A stretch of DNA of 46,329 nucleotides, taken from positions 1-46,329 of the forward strand of contig NZ_JAXMNS010000001.1 of NCBI RefSeq assembly GCF_034670285.1. The letters run 5' to 3'. Shown piece by piece: positions 8,887-18,714 of the stretch. The notes under the pieces were generated by a model. That model ran no database searches, was not told where the DNA came from, and saw nothing but the letters and a program-made list of their open reading frames with translations. Within the stretch, counting starts at the first letter, position 1. Every line of letters begins with the position of its first letter. Both the position numbers and the translations under genes were made by a program. Source of the stretch: Nocardioides sp. GTDB lineage: Bacteria > Actinomycetota > Actinomycetes > Propionibacteriales > Nocardioidaceae.

Positions 8887-9834
8887 CTAGGTGACGCTGA
8901 CGAGGTCGGTGGCGAAGGAGCCTGGAGGCGGCGTGACACCGTTGTCGCGGCACCAGCCACCGGGCTCGCGCTGGCTGCGGCGCGGGATGCCGCTCGACGG
9001 CTCGATCTGCATCGGGATCGGCGGCAGCGGCGGCATCTCCTGGTCCTTCTCGGCCTCGAGCTCGTCGGCGTCCTTCTCCTCCGACATCCCGATCGGACCG
9101 ACGCGCTGGGCGTTGAGGAACTGACGCACCACCGGCTCCTGCGAGCTCAGCAGCATCTCGCGCGGGCCGAACATCGCGAGGTGCTTGTGGTAGAGCAAGC
9201 CGATGTTGTCGGGCACGGTGCGGGCGGTGTTGATGTCGTGGGTGACGATCAGGAACGTCGCGTCGATCTGAGCGTTCAGGTCGACGATCAACTGATTGAG
9301 GAACGCCGTGCGCACCGGGTCGAGGCCGGAGTCGGGCTCGTCGAAGAGCACGATCTCCGGGTCGAGCACCAGGCCACGGGCGATGCCGGCGCGCTTGCGC
9401 ATTCCACCGGAGATCTCACCCGGGAGCTTGTCCTCGGTGCCGAGGAGGCCGACGAGGTCCATCTTCTCCAGGACGATCTCGCGGATCTGCGACTCGGACT
9501 TCTTGGTGTGCTCGCGCAGCGGGAAAGCGATGTTGTCGTAGAGGTTCATGGAGCCGAACATCGCGCCGTCCTGGAACAGCACGCCGAACAACTTGCGGAT
9601 CTCGTAGAGGTCCTTCTCCGAGCACGAGGCGATGTCGGTGCCCTCGATGACGATCGAGCCGCAGTCGGGCTTCAGCAGACCGATAAGGGTCTTCAAGAAC
9701 ACCGACTTGCCGGTGCCGGACGGCCCCAGCATCACGCAGATCTCGCCAGCCGGGATCGTCAGCGAGACGTCCGCCCAGATGAGGCTCTTTCCGAAGCTCT
9801 TGGTGAGGTTGTCAACCTTGATCTCTACACCCAT
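8887..9834 (-). CDS. mceG: Mce-system ABC ATPase (MceG/Mkl)
   Basis: GPSGTGKS Walker A, ISGGMRKRAG signature, FDEPDSGLDPVR, and the Mkl-type C-terminus GPIGMSEEKD. Confidence 0.92.
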   Translation of the reverse strand: MGVEIKVDNLTKSFGKSLIWADVSLTIPAGEICVMLGPSGTGKSVFLKTLIGLLKPDCGSIVIEGTDIASCSEKDLYEIRKLFGVLFQDGAMFGSMNLYDNIAFPLREHTKKSESQIREIVLEKMDLVGLLGTEDKLPGEISGGMRKRAGIARGLVLDPEIVLFDEPDSGLDPVRTAFLNQLIVDLNAQIDATFLIVTHDINTARTVPDNIGLLYHKHLAMFGPREMLLSSQEPVVRQFLNAQRVGPIGMSEEKDADELEAEKDQEMPPLPPIPMQIEPSSGIPRRSQREPGGWCRDNGVTPPPGSFATDLVSVT

Positions 9835-9889
9835 GTCAGTCCTTCTGCTTTCGCGGTGAAGCCCTGCTGATACGGCCTGGGTCGACTCG

Positions 9890-10432
9890 TCATTTGGTCT
9901 CCAACCCGGCGATCTTCCAGGTTGACCCGACGCGTTGCATGGTGACGTCGACCCGACTGCCGCTCACCACGGGATCAGGGGAGTTCCGACTTGTGGTCGA
10001 CTGGGTCAGGAAGATGAGCAGCACGACCTCGTCGTTCTTCGTGGAGACCACGCCTGCCGCATTGACGCTCGCCTGTGTCGTGATCCGCCGATCTGTGGCG
10101 GTGTCGCGTACGACGTCGTCGAGCAGAGTCCGAAACTCTTCCGTGAAGGCGCCCGTGGTCTGGCCCAGTGCGGTCGCGAGATCCTCGTCCAAGGTGGTGT
10201 GACGGTAGCTGAGCAGCAGGGATATTCGTTCTCGACCGACGTTGAGCGCTTCGTCTCGGGCCGACGCCAGATCGTGGATTTGGCCGGTCCGCCACGTCGC
10301 GAACCCGGCAACGGTCGCGAAGACAATCGCCACGCTCAACAACAGCATGGACAGGCCGCGTCTGCGCCCATTTCCGGAGGAGGCAGAAACGGACTGATTC
10401 TCAGCGGAATGCTCGCTGGTCCTGTCGCTCAT
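9890..10432 (-). CDS. Mce-associated membrane protein (Mam)
   Basis: Single TM helix, LLSYRHTTL, LIFLTQST, WKIAGL; ATG 10432 overlaps the upstream stop (ATGA). Confidence 0.85.
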   Translation of the reverse strand: MSDRTSEHSAENQSVSASSGNGRRRGLSMLLLSVAIVFATVAGFATWRTGQIHDLASARDEALNVGRERISLLLSYRHTTLDEDLATALGQTTGAFTEEFRTLLDDVVRDTATDRRITTQASVNAAGVVSTKNDEVVLLIFLTQSTTSRNSPDPVVSGSRVDVTMQRVGSTWKIAGLETK

Positions 10433-10962
10433 GCCACGAACCGTAGGGTCGAGACCAACCACATGCCGTCAACCTGCTTGAACTCGACCTCGAGCCGATA
10501 GTTGCGTGGTTCTGGTTCTCCGGTGTTGAGGTTGTCGACGGATCCCTTCGCAGCCACGATGACCGTCGCTGCGTCGTCTTCAACGCTCACGACTCCCGTA
10601 GAGACGACCTCGCCCGTGGCCACAACCTCGTTCTTGATGACCTCGTCACGTATCCGACCGGCTTGCGCACGTAGGTCGTCGCGGAAGGACGCCGTAGCCC
10701 CGGCAATGAGCTCGTCAAGGTCCTCCGCCGTCGTCTCCGCGCTGATAGTGATCAGCCCTAAGACCTGCTTTTTCGCGGCCTCCACGACTTCGCTTCGTTC
10801 CTGCTCACGCTCGTGAGCGTCCCGCCACGCGACCCCGCGCTCCCATGCAGCGCCGGCCGCGAGGACGACGAGGAGAGTGACAACGACCTGCAGCCCGAGC
10901 GGACGCCATCCCCGCCACCAGGTTGTCGCCCTGTCCGCGAAGAACTCCCGGACGTTCTTCAT
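10429..10962 (-). CDS. Mce-associated membrane protein (Mam)
   Basis: Single TM helix, GATASFRDDL, PRNYRL...WLVSTLRFV; coupled to mceF. Confidence 0.85.
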   Translation of the reverse strand: MKNVREFFADRATTWWRGWRPLGLQVVVTLLVVLAAGAAWERGVAWRDAHEREQERSEVVEAAKKQVLGLITISAETTAEDLDELIAGATASFRDDLRAQAGRIRDEVIKNEVVATGEVVSTGVVSVEDDAATVIVAAKGSVDNLNTGEPEPRNYRLEVEFKQVDGMWLVSTLRFVA

Positions 10963-12281
10963 CGCGCCTCCAGCGGACCGAGCATCAGCATCTGCCAGCC
11001 CGAACGTTCTGCACTGTCCGGACTTGACGAGCCTTGCAACCCCCGGGCGAGATCAGACCCACGGGACGATCCCCGATTGTTGGGCCACACACCCTTCCCG
11101 AACTCGAGTCCGCAGGCCGACGGCAACGGACCGCGCTCCGCGCTTTGTGGGCACGGAAGGAGTCGGGCGCCCCGCACCGATTTGGGGTCCGGGTCAGGCA
11201 CCGTGCAGTGTGCCAACCGGTCAACCTTACGGACACCTTCGACCGAAGGGTCCCGCCGTTGACTCGCTGGCAAATAGCCCTGAGAGCAGGCGGGTGGGTT
11301 GTTGACATTGAGGCGAAGGTCAAGGTTGACGTCCCCGAACTCTTCCCTCGGGTTGATGGCGCTCTGAAGGCGCGCGACGGTGACCGGGTAGTAGACCAAG
11401 CCCTCCTGGATCTGCGGGAGGTATGTGTTGAGGACCTCGGCGTTCGTGGTCAAGTTGGTCACGAGGAGGGGAAGCGTCGGCTGGAGGTCGGTGACGAGTC
11501 CGGTGGCCGACTCCAGACCGTCGGGTGCTTCATCCAGCAGCGAGCGCAGGTCTCTGTCTCGGTCAGCGAGCTCTGCGGTGAAGGACGCGAGTGACTGTGC
11601 GTAGCTGAGGGTCGTGCCTCGCAATTCCTGCTGGGTGCCCAGGACAGGTTGTGCGGTCCTGATCAGTGACGTCGTCGCGGCCAGTCGCGCCTGCGCTGTG
11701 ATAATCAACTTGTCTGCTGCGTCGATCGTGGCCGCGAGGTCGGGACCGCTGCCCCCCAGTCCCTCATCCACCTGGTCGAGCACACGCCGGGTGCGTTCTC
11801 GTGGGATGGCGCCCAGCAGGTCGTTGACCGACTCCAAGACGGGGGTGATCTGCGGCATCGCGATCGTGCGCTCAGCAGGGATCAGGTCGCCGTCGGACAT
11901 GCTGGCGGACCCGCGCGCCTCGGAAGAGGCACGTGCGGGCGGCACCAGATCGACGTACTGCTCACCGATTGCGGACGTGCTGTGCAGTTCGGCGATCGCA
12001 TCGGCGGGGATGTCGTGCTGGTCGTCGATCCGCAAGGTCGCGACAGCACCACCGTCCTCGACCTCAAGGTCGGTGACCTCACCGACCTTGACACCCTGGT
12101 AGGTCACCATGGCCTTGGGGTACAGACCACTGGCGTCTGGGTATTCAGCACGAACTTCGTACACGCCGACGCCCATCATCGCCGGAACTCGTGCGTAGAC
12201 CACCGCGGCGAAGAAGAGGGCGACCACCGTGAGGGCCGCGAAGATGCGGAGTTGGCGCTTGATCAACGGGGTGAGAACCAT
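10959..12281 (-). CDS. mceF: MCE-family protein MceF
   Basis: ASGLYPKAMVTYQGVKVG and STSAIGEQYVDLVP; sixth mce gene; ATG 12281 overlaps the mceE stop (TAATG). Confidence 0.88.
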   Translation of the reverse strand: MVLTPLIKRQLRIFAALTVVALFFAAVVYARVPAMMGVGVYEVRAEYPDASGLYPKAMVTYQGVKVGEVTDLEVEDGGAVATLRIDDQHDIPADAIAELHSTSAIGEQYVDLVPPARASSEARGSASMSDGDLIPAERTIAMPQITPVLESVNDLLGAIPRERTRRVLDQVDEGLGGSGPDLAATIDAADKLIITAQARLAATTSLIRTAQPVLGTQQELRGTTLSYAQSLASFTAELADRDRDLRSLLDEAPDGLESATGLVTDLQPTLPLLVTNLTTNAEVLNTYLPQIQEGLVYYPVTVARLQSAINPREEFGDVNLDLRLNVNNPPACSQGYLPASQRRDPSVEGVRKVDRLAHCTVPDPDPKSVRGARLLPCPQSAERGPLPSACGLEFGKGVWPNNRGSSRGSDLARGLQGSSSPDSAERSGWQMLMLGPLEAR

Positions 12282-13495
12282 TAGCAGTCTCCTAGCAGTT
12301 GGAGGAGGCATAGGCCACCGCTGTCATTCGTGCCGTCGGCGCCCTGGTCGGCGTCGCCGCCCGATGCGCCGCCCCGAGTGCCCTTGTCCGCTTTGCTCTC
12401 TGTGCGGGGCTCTTCGATCGGTCCCGTCACGGGGTCCTCGGACTGCAACGACGGCAACTGATCCGTGCCCAGGAGCAGATCGACGAGACTGCGATTACTG
12501 ACGTCGATGGTGGCGAAGAGGTTGGAGTAGTCCCCTCGCAGCGTGTCCTCAGTGGTCATCGCCGGGAAGGGGATCGTGATCGCGATCTTCAGGGCCTCCG
12601 GCACCCGAGTGGCCGCCTTACCGAGGTTGCTCAAGACCGGGCCGAGCGCATCTAGGTTGGCCAGGATCGCTTCTTGACTTGCCTGAATCACCCCGACTGC
12701 GCGGGTGCTGGCTCGTCCGGAAGTGGTGACGGCGTCTACGAGACGAGCCCGCTCCTCCTCAAGCGCCTCGAGCCCCGGACCAATGCGGTCGATGGCGCGG
12801 GCAATCGTGTTTCGGTCGCCAGCCAACCCCTTGCTGAGCCTGTTGAGAGACTCCAGCGCCCTGACGATCTCCCCCTTCGTGTCGTCCAGGACGCCCAAGA
12901 GCTCGTTGGATCGCGTGACCAAGTCGCGGGTGTCCAACTCGCGCTCGTCTAGCGCTGTGGTCAGCTCACCGGTGATGGTGCTGATCTGGGAGAGCCCGCC
13001 GTTGTTGAGCAGCAACGCCACTCCCGCGAGCACCTGCTCGGTGGCCGGCGCCCGCCCCGTCCGGGCCAGAGGCACTTCGTCGCCCTCCGCGAGGAGACTC
13101 GACGGGACCTCCCCGGTTGTCGCGGCAGGATTGTCCACATCGACGTATTGGGCGCCGAGCAGTGTTTTCTGTCCGATGGTGAAGCGCGCTGTACTACTGA
13201 TCGGCATCGAATCCAGCAAACGGATGTTGGCCACCGCATGCCAGTCCTCGACCTCGATGGAGGCCACGGTTCCGACGACGACGTCGTCGAGGAGCACCTG
13301 GGAGTTCGGGACGAGGTTCTCCACGGCGTCGAAGTGCACGGTCACGGAGTAGCCGTCATCCCCCGTGGCAACCTGCCCGGGCAGCGTGTTCTCGTTCGGC
13401 TGCAGAGCGCAACCGGATATCAGCGGGAGAACCGCCATGGCGGTGGCACACACATGCGCCGCGCTCCACTTCCGGCGAACAGTGCGGGTGGTCAT
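12281..13495 (-). CDS. mceE: MCE-family lipoprotein MceE
   Basis: Lipobox-like LISGC, NLVPNSQV, QKTLLGAQYV, LLNNGGLSQI; fifth mce gene. Confidence 0.88.
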   Translation of the reverse strand: MTTRTVRRKWSAAHVCATAMAVLPLISGCALQPNENTLPGQVATGDDGYSVTVHFDAVENLVPNSQVLLDDVVVGTVASIEVEDWHAVANIRLLDSMPISSTARFTIGQKTLLGAQYVDVDNPAATTGEVPSSLLAEGDEVPLARTGRAPATEQVLAGVALLLNNGGLSQISTITGELTTALDERELDTRDLVTRSNELLGVLDDTKGEIVRALESLNRLSKGLAGDRNTIARAIDRIGPGLEALEEERARLVDAVTTSGRASTRAVGVIQASQEAILANLDALGPVLSNLGKAATRVPEALKIAITIPFPAMTTEDTLRGDYSNLFATIDVSNRSLVDLLLGTDQLPSLQSEDPVTGPIEEPRTESKADKGTRGGASGGDADQGADGTNDSGGLCLLQLLGDC

Positions 13496-14703
13496 GGCTT
13501 ACCTCCAGTACTGCCGGTCAGCAGGAAACCGAGGCTTTGCAGGAGATCGATCTCAACACCAGCGAGACCCGGAATCGGGAGGTCTTCCCCGTCACCGGGC
13601 TCACCGACGTTGATGCCCGGGACCAGGTCTTGGTCCAGCGAGCCCAAGCCCAGCGACTCCAGCAGCGGCTCAAGCACCTGGGTGCACTGGGCAGCAGTCC
13701 CGCCTGCCCCGAGGATCGCGCCGCACAGTAGCTGCGGGAGGCTATCGAGCGCGCTGAGCGTTGCGCGCCCCTTCAGGGCGGAACCCTCCACGATATTGGC
13801 CAGGTTGATCAGGGCGTTGGTACCGATGTGCAGCGAACCCGCCAGTTCATTGGATCGGTCTGCGAGCGCCGCAGAGAGGAGGTTGACTCGTCGGACCGCG
13901 GTCGAAATCCCCTGACCGTTGGCATCGGTGAAGTTGCGGACCGTCTTCAACGTCACTGCTAGGTCACGCAGGACGCTGGTCAGGGCGAAACGATTGCGCT
14001 CGAGCACCTCACCCACGGAATCGATCTCCGAGGCGAAGCCCCGAACGGCTCGATCGTTCAGCGCGAGCGCGCGGGTGAAGGTATCGAGGTTCTCGACGGT
14101 TGAGAAGAGGTCTGACCTCGGGTTCGAGAGAGCCTCGGCCGACGTCCGAAGACCGGCGATCGCTCGACGCAGTTCGGCGGCGTTACCCTCGTCGAGGCCT
14201 TTGTCGAGAGCCACGACCGCTCTCGAGAGGGCACCCCGCCCGGCACCCGGGCGCGGCCCCAATGCTCCGGTCAAGTCGGTGAGTTGTTGCTTGACATCGT
14301 CGAAGGTGACCGGCACCGCCGTGCGGTCGATGCCGATTTCGGCTCCGTCTTCAAGCACCGGTCCGCCGGTGTAGACCGGCTCCAGCTGGACGAATCGACC
14401 GCTGACCAGGCTCGGTGACACGATGGCCGCTCGTGCGTCTGCGGGGATCGGCTGGTTCTCGTCGATAGCGAGCTCGACCTTCACGCCAGCCTCACCAGGC
14501 ACAACCTTTCGAATAGTGCCTACACTCACCCCCAGCACCCGGACGTCGTCCCCGGGGTAGAGGCCCTCGGCGCTACTGAAAGTCGCCGACACCGTCCTTT
14601 GGCCGGCCCCTCCGACCAAGGTGATGCCGACAGCTACTAAGAGTCCAAGCACGAGAAGAACGATCGGGCTACGCAGTGTGCGAGCGTGCGACAAGGCGGT
14701 CAC
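13492..14703 (-). CDS. mceD: MCE-family protein MceD (native start GTG 14703)
   Basis: GLYPGDDVRVLGVSVG and SPSLVSGRFVQL; GTG overlaps the TGA of the mceC C-terminal frame (GTGA). It forms the last part of the 737-aa ORF. Confidence 0.85.
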   Translation of the reverse strand: MTALSHARTLRSPIVLLVLGLLVAVGITLVGGAGQRTVSATFSSAEGLYPGDDVRVLGVSVGTIRKVVPGEAGVKVELAIDENQPIPADARAAIVSPSLVSGRFVQLEPVYTGGPVLEDGAEIGIDRTAVPVTFDDVKQQLTDLTGALGPRPGAGRGALSRAVVALDKGLDEGNAAELRRAIAGLRTSAEALSNPRSDLFSTVENLDTFTRALALNDRAVRGFASEIDSVGEVLERNRFALTSVLRDLAVTLKTVRNFTDANGQGISTAVRRVNLLSAALADRSNELAGSLHIGTNALINLANIVEGSALKGRATLSALDSLPQLLCGAILGAGGTAAQCTQVLEPLLESLGLGSLDQDLVPGINVGEPGDGEDLPIPGLAGVEIDLLQSLGFLLTGSTGGKP

Positions 14704-15672
14704 GGGAGCACTCCAGACAGGATCGGCGACAACGTGGCGGGGTCGGTGAGGTTTTGGATGTAGGCGTCGAACCATGGACCGGTGGAGGCGGCGTCGCCGA
14801 ATGCCGTGGCGTACCCACGAAGGCCCACGATGGTGTCCTGGATCGCCTTCTTGTTGCTGTTGAGAACATCGACGATGTCGTTCAGTTGGCGCAGCGCAGG
14901 GCCGATGACCTTTGCGTTCTCGTCGAGCACAGCCCGAAGCTGGTCGGCCAGCGTCTGAGCGCTGACCAAGAGCTCGTCGATGACACGCTGACGTGCGTTC
15001 AGTTCGGCGAAGAGAGACTGTCCGGCTGTCAACAACGAAGCGACCTGGCGGTCCCGGTCTGCCAACACCCCGGTCACCCGGCTGGCTCGGGCCAGCAACG
15101 TGGCGAGCTGGTCGTCGTTGGCGGCGATCGCGCCCGAGAGGTCGGAGATCCCGCGCAGGGCGGGACCGATAGAATCCTGGGACCCTTCGAGCACTCCGCT
15201 GGCCTGGTCGATGGCTTGTTGCAGGGCGGCCTTGTCGATCTGCCCGCTCTCGGAGGGCACTGGTGATGCTGTACGGCGAATCAGTACGGTCGATAGGGAT
15301 CGTGTCTCCCGCCTTGAGCGATCCGCGGCCAGCGGGCACGAGTTCGACTGCGGCGCGGCCCAGCAGGGTAGTGGTGATGATCCGCGCCTCGGTGCGGTCG
15401 CCGAGCTCGACGTCCGGGTCGGTCAGCGCCAGGTCGGCCTCCACGACGCCACCCTCTAGGGTGACCTCGCGCACTTTGCCGATCTCCGCTCCCGAGAGCA
15501 TCACCGAGTCACCACCGCGCAGTCCCCCGGCTTCGGCGAACTGGGCGTGGATGACCTCGCTGTTGCCCACCAGGGGTAGCCGGTTGAGGTTCAGGCTGGC
15601 GAGGACCACCAGCACGATCGCCAAAGTGCCCACCAGTCCTCGCAGTGCGCGCCTTTCCGACAGGCTGCTCAT
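14700..15672 (-). pseudogene. mceC: MceC, frameshifted near 15255-15262
   Basis: N-half (AEAGGLRGGD...TTTLLGR...SPYSITSAL) is in the 15705 frame. C-half (SESGQIDKAALQ...GPWFDAYIQNL) is in the 15260 frame, one base further on. Confidence 0.8.
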
Positions 15673-16709
15673 GGCTGGCACCTCTCGGCGTCGGAATTGA
15701 TCCATGGGGTCAGGACCGGACGGCCGGCCGCCGCGTCGGACTGGATCCGGACGCCGCAGAGGAAGAAGTTGAAGAAGTTGCCGTAGGAACCGGCGTTCTG
15801 CAGCTTGCGGTAGTGACGCGGGAGCTGACGGAGCACCGCCACCAGTTCATCCCTCTCCATGTTGAGCCCGCGTGCGGCGACAGTGAGCGCACGCAGGTCG
15901 GGCGTCAGGTCGCCGCGCGCCCGAGCGAGCAGCCCGGATGCCTGGCGGGCGAACTCGTCGATCTTCCCAGCCGCGACGAGGATCTCGGTGTCCTGCTGGT
16001 CGAAGCGGGTCAGGACGATGTCGAGAGCATCGATGAGCTCTCCGACCTCGTCTCGGCGCCCGTCGACGGTCTCCAGCACCTGGTTGAGGTTGCTGATCAC
16101 CTGGGTGATCAGTTGCTCTCGTTGGGCGATCGTGGAGGTGAAGGAGCCCACGCGACTCGTGAGTGTCTCGACCGCGGACTCCTGACCTTGCAACACCTGC
16201 ACGAGTTGCTGCGACAACTCGTTTACCTGGGTCGGGTTGAGACCTGCGAAGAGCGGCTTGAAGCCGTTGAGGAGCGTGTCTAGATCGAGCGCCGACGCCG
16301 TGTTGGCGACGGGGATCATGTCGCCGGGCGCCATCTCCTGCGCCGCCTGACCCCCGCTGGCGAGCTGGACGATGCGGTCCCCGATGAGGTTGCGGTACTC
16401 GATCGTCGCAGTCGTGGCGTCATCGAGCGTGAGCGACGCGTCGACCGCCACACTCACCACAACGGTGCTGTCGGGCTGAACGTCGATGTCGGTCACCTTG
16501 CCGACGCGAACGCCGGCAGCCCGGACCTGGTCCCCCTTTTGAAGACCTGAGACATCGCTGAAGGCGGCGCGATAGGCGACGGTGTCGCCGGAGCGGTACT
16601 CGCCAGTGACGGCTGCCACCCAGAACGTCACCAGTGCGGCGACGACCAGAAATATCACGAGCCGGATGAGATCGGCCCGCTCCTTGACACGCAGAGGACT
16701 CGTCGCCAC
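15669..16709 (-). CDS. mceB: MCE-family protein MceB
   Basis: FSDVSGLQKGDQVRAAGVRVG, YRNLIGDR, LDLDTLLNGFKPLF, GSYGNFFNFFLC. Confidence 0.9.
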   Translation of the reverse strand: MATSPLRVKERADLIRLVIFLVVAALVTFWVAAVTGEYRSGDTVAYRAAFSDVSGLQKGDQVRAAGVRVGKVTDIDVQPDSTVVVSVAVDASLTLDDATTATIEYRNLIGDRIVQLASGGQAAQEMAPGDMIPVANTASALDLDTLLNGFKPLFAGLNPTQVNELSQQLVQVLQGQESAVETLTSRVGSFTSTIAQREQLITQVISNLNQVLETVDGRRDEVGELIDALDIVLTRFDQQDTEILVAAGKIDEFARQASGLLARARGDLTPDLRALTVAARGLNMERDELVAVLRQLPRHYRKLQNAGSYGNFFNFFLCGVRIQSDAAAGRPVLTPWINSDAERCQP

Positions 16710-16710
16710 G

Positions 16711-17880
16711 TCAGCGACCTCCCAAACCTAGGATCTCGAGAATGTCAGCGGGTTTCCCTGCATCCGCTTCAGTCGATTTATAAGGATTCACCCCGACGTC
16801 GAACGTGGGCTGGTAGCTGAGCGGCACTTCTTCGGGGGTGACGTAGGGCAGACCGAAGCAGTTGGGGCCACGGTTCTCACCCAGAGCCTTCACATCGGTG
16901 GGATAGGCGTACGGTTCACGCCCCCGTACGACATGCGTGAAGGTCGTGATCCCCGGGTTGGTTCCGCCGACTGCCACCTCAGCCAGTTCGTTGCCCTTGG
17001 CCAAGCCCTCGACCAGACATGGCACCTCCGGGGAATAGCGGGCGAGCGTACCCGTGACGGGTTTCAGAAGTTCCAGGGACGTTGCAAGGCCCGGACCGCT
17101 CTCACGCAGCAATGTGTCTCCCTCGCTGCTGAAGGACGTGAGGCTGAGTTCGAGGGCTCGCAGGGAGGCCTGCTGCTCCACAACCGTCTGCAGCGTCGTC
17201 GCAGCGCCGTCGAAGGTCGAGATGAGGTCCTCACGGGCCAGTTCGTAGACCGCCGCGACGTCGTCCACGCGACGCAGATCCTCGCTCAAGGCCGGGAGTG
17301 CGGGGTTGAAAGACGTCAGGTAGGTCTCCGTCAGGGTGACAAATTCACCCAGCGCCTCACCCCGCTGGTCCAGCGCTCCCGCGACCGCCGACAGCGCATC
17401 GCTGACCTGCGCGGGACGTGCGACGTCGAGGACCTCAGTGAGGTTCGTGAACGCCTCGTCCACCTCGACTGTCGTGCTCGTGGCCTGGATCACGTCTCCT
17501 TCCCTGACCGGCTCTGCGGCCGAGTTCTCCGACCTGCTGAGCTGGACGTACTTTGCTCCGAACGCGGTCGGCGGCACGAGTTGCGCAGTGACGTCCTGCG
17601 GGATGGCATCGACCGCACTTGGGTCGAGCTCGAGCGTGATCTGGACGCGGTCGCCGTCGACGTTGACGTTGCTCACGGCCCCGACCTCGACTCCATAGAG
17701 CTTCACCGGAGCCCCCGGTGCCATCGTGAGGCCGGCGCGGTCGGCCTGCACCACGACATCGACACTGGGGCTGAACGAGCCCTTGTACTGCATCACCGTG
17801 CCCACAAGGACCGCGGCCACGAGCAGCACAAAGGTCAGGCCCGTCAGCAGCTGTCTATCGATGCCTCTGAACATTGACAT
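16711..17880 (-). CDS. mceA: MCE-family protein MceA
   Basis: RAGLTMAPGAPVKLYGVEVG and PTAFGAKYVQL; ATG 17880 follows GAGGAG. Confidence 0.9.
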   Translation of the reverse strand: MSMFRGIDRQLLTGLTFVLLVAAVLVGTVMQYKGSFSPSVDVVVQADRAGLTMAPGAPVKLYGVEVGAVSNVNVDGDRVQITLELDPSAVDAIPQDVTAQLVPPTAFGAKYVQLSRSENSAAEPVREGDVIQATSTTVEVDEAFTNLTEVLDVARPAQVSDALSAVAGALDQRGEALGEFVTLTETYLTSFNPALPALSEDLRRVDDVAAVYELAREDLISTFDGAATTLQTVVEQQASLRALELSLTSFSSEGDTLLRESGPGLATSLELLKPVTGTLARYSPEVPCLVEGLAKGNELAEVAVGGTNPGITTFTHVVRGREPYAYPTDVKALGENRGPNCFGLPYVTPEEVPLSYQPTFDVGVNPYKSTEADAGKPADILEILGLGGR

Positions 17881-17885
17881 TCTCC

Positions 17886-18713
17886 TCACCCCGCGATGTG
17901 GACCGACGGCCCGCCCCACACGGCGAGCGCGAAGATCAGGTCGACGAACATGGTGGCGATCAACGCCGAGCGCACGGCGCGGCCCACGGCTTGTCCCACT
18001 CCTGCTGGCCCTCCACTGGCTCGGAATCCGTGAAAGCAGCAGACCGACACGATGACCAGAGCCATGATCAGGACCTTGATGCCGGCGAGCAAGAGGTCGG
18101 AGGGGACCAGGAACGTCTCGAAATAGTGTTCGTAGGTGCCCGGAGCTTGGCCGTAGCCGACGGTGACCACCAGCCTCGTCGCCAGCCAGCAGGACATCAA
18201 GGCGATCGTGAACAACGGCACCACGGCGATCAGACCGGCGATGATGCGCGTCGTGACGAGGTAGGGGATGGGCGGAACGGCCATCACCTCGAGAGCGTCA
18301 ATCTCCTCGCTGACGCGCATCGCGCCGATCTGGGCGGTGAATCCCGCTCCGACCGTCGCGGTCAGCGCAATGCCCGCAATAATCGGCGCTACCTCACGGG
18401 TGTTGAAGTAGGCAGAGAAGAACCCCGACAGCGCGGAGACGCCGATGTTGTCGAACGACGTGTACGCCTGCAGCCCCACCTCGATGCCAGAGGCAGCGGT
18501 CAGGAAGCCGATCACCAGGACCGTGCCACCGATGAGAGCCAGCGCACCCGACCCCAGTGAGACCTCGGCGAGGAGCCGGACGATCTCCTTGGGATAACTC
18601 CGGATCGCACGCGGCACGGCGCGGTAGGCCGAGGCGTGAAACTCCAATTGGTCGCCTAGTTCGCGCAGCCCCCGCGCAGGACCGCGCAGCAGTGCTCCTT
18701 GCCAAACGGCCAT
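17886..18713 (-). CDS. yrbEB: YrbEB/MlaE permease
   Basis: GAGFTAQIGAMRVSEEIDALEVM and GGPAGVGQAVG; start reassigned to ATG 18713. Confidence 0.9.
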   Translation of the reverse strand: MAVWQGALLRGPARGLRELGDQLEFHASAYRAVPRAIRSYPKEIVRLLAEVSLGSGALALIGGTVLVIGFLTAASGIEVGLQAYTSFDNIGVSALSGFFSAYFNTREVAPIIAGIALTATVGAGFTAQIGAMRVSEEIDALEVMAVPPIPYLVTTRIIAGLIAVVPLFTIALMSCWLATRLVVTVGYGQAPGTYEHYFETFLVPSDLLLAGIKVLIMALVIVSVCCFHGFRASGGPAGVGQAVGRAVRSALIATMFVDLIFALAVWGGPSVHIAG

Positions 18714-18714
18714 C

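Noticed and set aside
13492-15705. 737-aa ORF as a genuine novel two-domain Mce fusion
   Set aside because: Its middle is Arg/Pro-rich out-of-frame sequence, while the proper MceC C-half lies in the neighbouring frame (14700-15260). It is a frameshift product.
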